NCBI GenBank assembly: GCA_013265495.1 | Contig: MU057615.1 | Span: 310,001-335,637, forward strand | Length of the DNA: 25,637 bases | DNA from: Vicugna vicugna | Lineage: Eukaryota | Direction of reading: 5' to 3' | Shown here: in pieces, positions 20,991-25,637 of the stretch | Layout of the letters: each line of letters opens with the position of its first letter | How positions within the stretch are numbered: position 1 is the first letter of the stretch | Position numbers and translations under genes: made by a program | The notes under the pieces: generated by a model | What the model saw: only the letters and a program-made list of their open reading frames with translations | What the model was told of the DNA's origin: nothing | Databases searched by the model: none

Positions 20991-21735
20991 CCCAAAGGCC
21001 TCTGACAAATCAGTGTCCACAGCTCCGTGAGCCAGCTGATGTGTGAGCCAGGCGAGCTCTCAGGAGAGGAGGCTCTCGGCAGCTGTTCATGGCAGCAGTT
21101 CTAATAGATGGCGCTGGAAACATGTCTCCCGTTGGAAGTCCCCCCTGATGGCTGTGCACTTTGCGGTGATGTCTTGACAACAGCTCTGCCAAAGGGAGGG
21201 TTTATGGCATTGCCACCGAGGCTTCAGGCAGCAACATATCCCAGGGAGAATGCTTGCGCCGCCTGTGAATGCCTGTCTGAACGCAGTGCACACCACACGT
21301 GCTCCTGCGGCTGCCCTCAGGTCCCGTCCATCGGCATTCTGAAGCATGCCCTCACTCCAAGCATCTTTAATGGGGGCTAGCAGAGCCCACACGGCCCACA
21401 AATGTGGAGGTCCATACTTATGGGAAATGGGTGTCCCCCAAGGGCTGCCCCATCCGTGCACTGACTGATGCAGAATTATAGATGCTCTGGCTTCTGCTCC
21501 CTGCCTGTTGGGGCAACTCTGAGAGTGGGCCACACTGAGTCTCTCTCACCCGCTCCTCACCCCACTCCAGCTGCTGGTTCTTTAGCAATGCTTCCTGATA
21601 ACCCTCTTTTTTTCCGTACTTGTCTCGGGGTCTGCTGGCTGCTGAGGAGAACAGGGCACTTTCTCTGATTCACACACAACAGGATATTTTTTTGGAAATG
21701 ACATTAACTTTATAGATAAGTTTCGTGTGAATTGG

Positions 21736-22138
21736 TGTCTTAGTTTAGGTTTACCCAGCAGCAAACCCTAAGACAAGTGCAAAATAGTTTTAAAGGTGAA
21801 AAAACTACTGGTATAGGACCACTGTGAACAAGGGACAGCTGCAGCTGAGAAAGAGTGTGTGGTTTTGCAAGTCACCAATCCTGCAGGGAAGCTCTGGGCA
21901 CCAGCATGGTTCACGTGCCTCAGGATTACCCCCCTGGAGCATCCATACAAAGCTCCACAGGTATTGGTTGAGAGCGGCCCCCAGGGGACAAGAATCCCAG
22001 AACCTTCCAACCACCACACAAATAGGCAAAGGGGACTCTGGTGGCTGAAAAGATGAGCAGGTGCCTGGAGGTTAGACCAGCATGCTCTGAGGTGGTAAGG
22101 CTGAGGGGATAAGGGAGGGGCCCCAGCAGATAACTACA
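21736..22138 (-). mobile_element. LTR33-like ERVL solo LTR
   Basis: tgtcttagtttaggtttacccagcagcaaaccctaagacaag..gcctcagga..attggttgag..gtggtaaggctgaggggata..ctaca; both termini present. Confidence 0.8.
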
Positions 22139-22384
22139 GCTGATCTGTTCACAAAAGTGACTTTCCCCTCTAAGGGTGTGGAATATGGAATGCAGAATTA
22201 AATTCTCTTTTTTCCCTTCATAAGTTTCTGTGTATTCTTTGGAAAATCTCCCATTAATTTAGTAGTACAATTTTAATTATATTGTAAATCAATTACACCT
22301 TTAAAGTTCTCTATTGACTCAGTAAATGAAAAAATAGTATTTTGTTTCTTTATAAAATAAAATTTTAATTTGTTTATTATCAAC

Positions 22385-22890
22385 TTTATTTATGTCTCTA
22401 CAAGTTAATTCTGCAGGTTCTAGAATTTTACTTAAACAGAATCATGGCTATAGACTATTTTGAACTTGGCTTTTTTCACTCAGCTTAATGTGTTTTTAAA
22501 ATTTATCATGTTACTGGAAGTAAAGTTAATCCATTACCTTCTCATTAGTGTACAGTATTCTCTAGTATACATACACAACAATTTGTAGATTCATTCACTG
22601 GTTGATGGAGAGCTGGGTTGTTTCCAGATTTGCACTATGAGGAATAAAGCCAATGAGCATATGTGTGCAAGTCTTTTCATGTGCATAATTTCACAGTTAT
22701 TTTTGGTGAATACTTAGGAGTGAAACTATTTGGTCATATATTAAAGGTATCCTTTACTTTGTAAGAAAGTGCCAAACGCTTTTGCAAAGTGTAACATTTT
22801 GCATTCCTACCAGGAACGTATGAAAGTTTCAACCACACTATTTGGTATTGTTCATCTTTTAAATTACAGCGATTCAAATCGATGTGGTTT
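22385..22890 (-). mobile_element. Old L1 3' region (L1ME/L1MB8-like)
   Basis: ttctagaatttta..ggcttttttcactcagc..gggttgtttccag..gaatacttaggagtg..gtaagaaagtgccaaac..gcattcctaccag. Confidence 0.8.
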
Positions 22891-22900
22891 TCTTTCTCAG

Positions 22901-23052
22901 TGAAAGTTGGGGTGCAGGTGTCTTTTTGAATTAAAGTTCCCTCTGGATATATGCCCAGGAGTGAGATTGCTGGATCATATTATATGGTTAAGTCTATTTT
23001 TAGATTTTTGAGGACTCTCCATCCTGTTTTCCACAGTGGCTGCACCAAACTG
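22901..23052 (-). mobile_element. Short internal fragment of a younger L1
   Basis: ttggggtgcaggtgtctttttgaatt..ggatatatgcccaggagtgagattgctggatcatat..ttttccacagtggctgcaccaaact; no 3'UTR or poly(A). Confidence 0.85.
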
Positions 23053-23680
23053 TTAGAATGTTAGAATGGCCATTATGAAAAGGCCAAGAGATAACAAATG
23101 CTGGCAAGGATGTGGGGGGAAGAGAGCCCTGGTGCACTGTTGGTGGAACTGTGTCCTCGTACAGCCTCTGAGGAAAACAGTATGGAGGATTCTCAAACAA
23201 ATTAAAATGGGCCATATGACCCAGGAACTCTATTTCTGGGAATATTTCCAAAGGAAATGAAAAAAAACTACACCCCCATGTTCATAACAGTATTCTTTAG
23301 TATTATTTACAATAACCAAGACATGATAGCAACTTAAGTGTCCCTCAGTGGGTGAATGGATAAAGAAGATGTGGTATATACACACAATGGAATGTTATTC
23401 AGCCATAAAACAAAGAGGAAATTCTGTCATTTGTAATGACATGGATGGACCTGGAGAGCATTATGCTAAGTGAAATAAGATGGAGAAAGAAAAATACTGT
23501 ATGATCTCACACATATATATATGGAATCTGAAAAATAAAAATCAAACTCATAGAAAAAAAGATCAGATTTGTGGTTACCAGAGGTGAGTGGTATTGAACC
23601 AGAGTGGTCAAAATGTACAGTTATAAGATATGTAAATACTAGGGCTATAATATGCAACATAACTATAATTAACATTGCTT
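23051..23680 (+). mobile_element. L1 (L1MA9-related) ORF2 end and part of 3'UTR, truncated at both ends
   Basis: Translates VRMAIMKRPRDNKCWQGCG..LVHCWW (ORF2 C-terminal Cys-rich region), then aaactcatagaaaa..gatcagatttgtggttaccagagg. Confidence 0.9.
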
Positions 23681-23900
23681 TTATTTTTACTTTGATTTCT
23701 GTTGCCTTGTTATACTGTCCTGGAAGAGCATGGCTAAGATTTATACCTGTCTTCTTAAATATAGTAACTGTATTAAAGATAAGCCCAAAGCATCTGTGTC
23801 TGATACTTTCATTATTTAGGTTCTGTGATCTCTTTCTACAGTCTGTTATAGATTTTGGTTTCAATAACATTTTTTTCCATGTGTTCAATATTTTTTCTAC
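23680..23900 (-). mobile_element. Very decayed L1M ORF2 fragment
   Basis: tttgatttctgttgccttgttatactg..aaagcatctgtgtct.. is a weak match to antisense ORF2. Confidence 0.4.
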
Positions 23901-23954
23901 AAATTGAATAACATTTTTCAGTAATGTTTTCCCACATGTAACATCTTTTCATAT

Positions 23955-24580
23955 AGTGGTTTTACTGAGACAATTTATATGCCATGTCATTCACCCATTT
24001 AATGTGAGCAATTCAGTAATGTTTATTATAGTCACAGAACTGTGCAATGACCACTAAATCAGTTTTAGAAAAATTTTATCATCCCCAAACACCAATTTAT
24101 TAGCACTTACTCCCCAATGCCCCCAATTTTCTCTCTCTTGAGACTGCTGTAGACCTTCGTAAGTACTAATCTATTTATGTCTATAAATTTCCCTATTCTG
24201 GACATTTCACATGGATGGAATCATACAATATATGGTACTTCGTCACTGGCTTCGTGACTGGCTTCTTTTACTTGGCATTTTTCAAGGCTCATCTGTGTGC
24301 ATTTTGTTACTGCACTCCATTCCATTGCTAAACAATTTCCCACTGTACATATATACCACATTTTGATTACCCATTTATCAGCTAGTATACATTTCCCAGC
24401 ACAGTTTTTATTCTATTATGACTAATGCTGCTATAAGTATTTATGTACATAATTTTGTGTAGACATATGTTTTTATTTCACTTTGGTATATATATATAGC
24501 TAATATTGAAATTGTTGGGTCATGTAGTACGTCTTTGTTGAACCTTTTGAGAAACTGCTAGAATGCCTTTCATAGTGGTT
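23955..24580 (-). mobile_element. L1MB4/L1MB5-like 3' end
   Basis: ttttactgagac..attcacccattt..ttccctattctggacatttca..ggaatcatacaatat..aaccttttgagaaactgc. Confidence 0.85.
24238..24265. repeat. 12-bp tandem duplication (cttcgt[c/g]actgg x2.3)
   Basis: Copies at 24238-24249 and 24250-24261 differ by one base. Confidence 0.9.
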
Positions 24581-24625
24581 AGTATGAGTCCAGGATTTGC
24601 AACCTCATTGTATTTTTATAAAATT

Positions 24626-25382
24626 CACATTATACCTGCTAAGGCTGTGATACGGTCTGACTATGTCCCTCCAAATTCATATGTTGGAATCCTAATCTCT
24701 AAAAATAGTGGTATTAGCAGGTGGGGATGTTGGGAGTTGCTTAAACCACAAAGTTGGAACCCTCATCAGTGGAGTTAATGCTTTTATAAAAGAGGCTCCA
24801 GAAAGATCTTCGGCCCACCACGTGAGGACAAAGTGAGAAGGCACTGGCTATGAACCAGGAAGGGGCTCCTCACCAGAAGGTGGCCGACCTGGAACCTTGA
24901 TGTTGGACTTTCCTGCCTCCAGAACTGTGAGCAATACATTTCTGTTATTTATAAGTTACCCAGCCTGTGGTGTTGGCAACAGTGACCCAAACAGACTAGG
25001 ACAGACTACCGTTACAGTGTACTCTAAACTGGGTGGCTCAAGCAGCAGGCATTTATCGTCTTATAGTTCTGCAGGCTACAAAACCCATATCAAGGTGTCA
25101 GCAGGGCTGGTTTCATCTCAGGGCCATGAGGGGAGGACCTGTTCCAAGCCTTTCTTTTTGGCTGAAAGCTGGTCAGTCTCTCGCTGTGTCTCCTCGTATC
25201 AGTCTGTGTTCAAATTTCCCCTTGGGCACCAGTCACATTGGAGTAGAGCCCACTCTAATGACTTCATTTTAACTTGATTACCTCTATAAAGACCCTATCT
25301 TCAAGTGAGGTCACATTCACATACACTGGGGGTTAGGGCTTCAACATGTGACATTTTGGAGGCAACGATTCAATCCATAACA
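24626..25382 (-). mobile_element. MLT1B/C-like solo LTR, interrupted by the 24648-25003 LTR
   Basis: ..tgctaaggctg| before and |gactaccgttaca..aaactgggtggct..tcaaggtgtcagcaggg..aaagaccctat..ggggttaggg..attcaatccataaca after the insert. Confidence 0.88.
24648..25003 (+). mobile_element. MLT1A0-like solo LTR
   Basis: aaattcatatgttg..ttataaaagagg..gtgaggaca..tatgaaccaggaag..gcctccagaactgtgag..gactaggaca; decayed TSD ggctg/gacta. Confidence 0.9.
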
Positions 25383-25401
25383 CCCACTATACCCACGCCT
25401 C

Positions 25402-25637
25402 TGTTGCCGAGTCCAAACTTGTTCTGCTCACCACACAACAGGCCAGCAAATTGGGAGACGAGGTGTTAGGGCAAGGAATAGCGACTTTTCTCAGAAAGCT
25501 TGCAGGCTGAGAGGACGGCAGATTAATGTCTTCAAGAACCATCCTGCTCCAGTCAGAATACAGGCTCCTTTTATTAAAAAAAAAAAAAAAAAAAAAAAGA
25601 TGGGGAGGGTGGTGTCTTTTTCGCCCTCCTTTTTTTT
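25402..25637 (-). mobile_element. ERV1 LTR 3' part (MER34/MER39-related), runs off the window edge
   Basis: tgttgccgagtccaaactt..ctgctcacc..acaggcca..gagacgaggtgttagggcaaggaatagcgacttt. Confidence 0.75.
25576..25598. repeat. A23 homopolymer inside the ERV1 LTR
   Basis: Read directly. Confidence 0.95.

Noticed and set aside
23466..23907. 140-aa and 112-aa opposing ORFs
   Set aside because: They span the junction of two L1 fragments; chance frames.
1..25637. CRISPR array, tRNA/rRNA, retroviral gag/pol/env, NUMT, or a novel multi-gene system
   Set aside because: I saw no regularly spaced repeats, tRNA structure, viral or mitochondrial coding signature. The content is explained by mammalian repeats plus non-coding unique DNA.

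Overview
Non-coding DNA from a placental mammal. The L1 and LTR types, and the absence of Alu, B1, Bov-tA, PRE-1, Can-SINE and ERE SINEs, point to a laurasiatherian, plausibly a cetartiodactyl such as a camelid (inference). I find no credible protein-coding gene, RNA gene, CRISPR array or prokaryotic system. The supplied ORFs are antisense readings of decayed L1s, LTR-derived frames or chance frames in GC-rich DNA. Roughly half the window is fossil transposons: nested L1s at 1-3956, a 4.5-kb RT-less L1 at 12981-17525, an L1/LTR pile at 21736-25637, plus MIR, MER20, MLT1 and ERVL/ERV1 LTRs. Between them lies unique sequence with two AT-rich, homeodomain/POU/SOX-motif-dense blocks (about 4230-5560 and 18030-19160) that resemble developmental enhancers. 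The best leads are a twin-primed L1 with a MIR-like 3' tail, an apparent ~290-bp micro-inversion inside an old ERVL LTR, a PORE-geometry octamer palindrome, an orphan internal L1 fragment, and a cluster of mutually exclusive hairpins. Repeat family names come from my recollection of consensus sequences, not from a search, and most boundaries are approximate. I cannot support a claim of a new biological system here.
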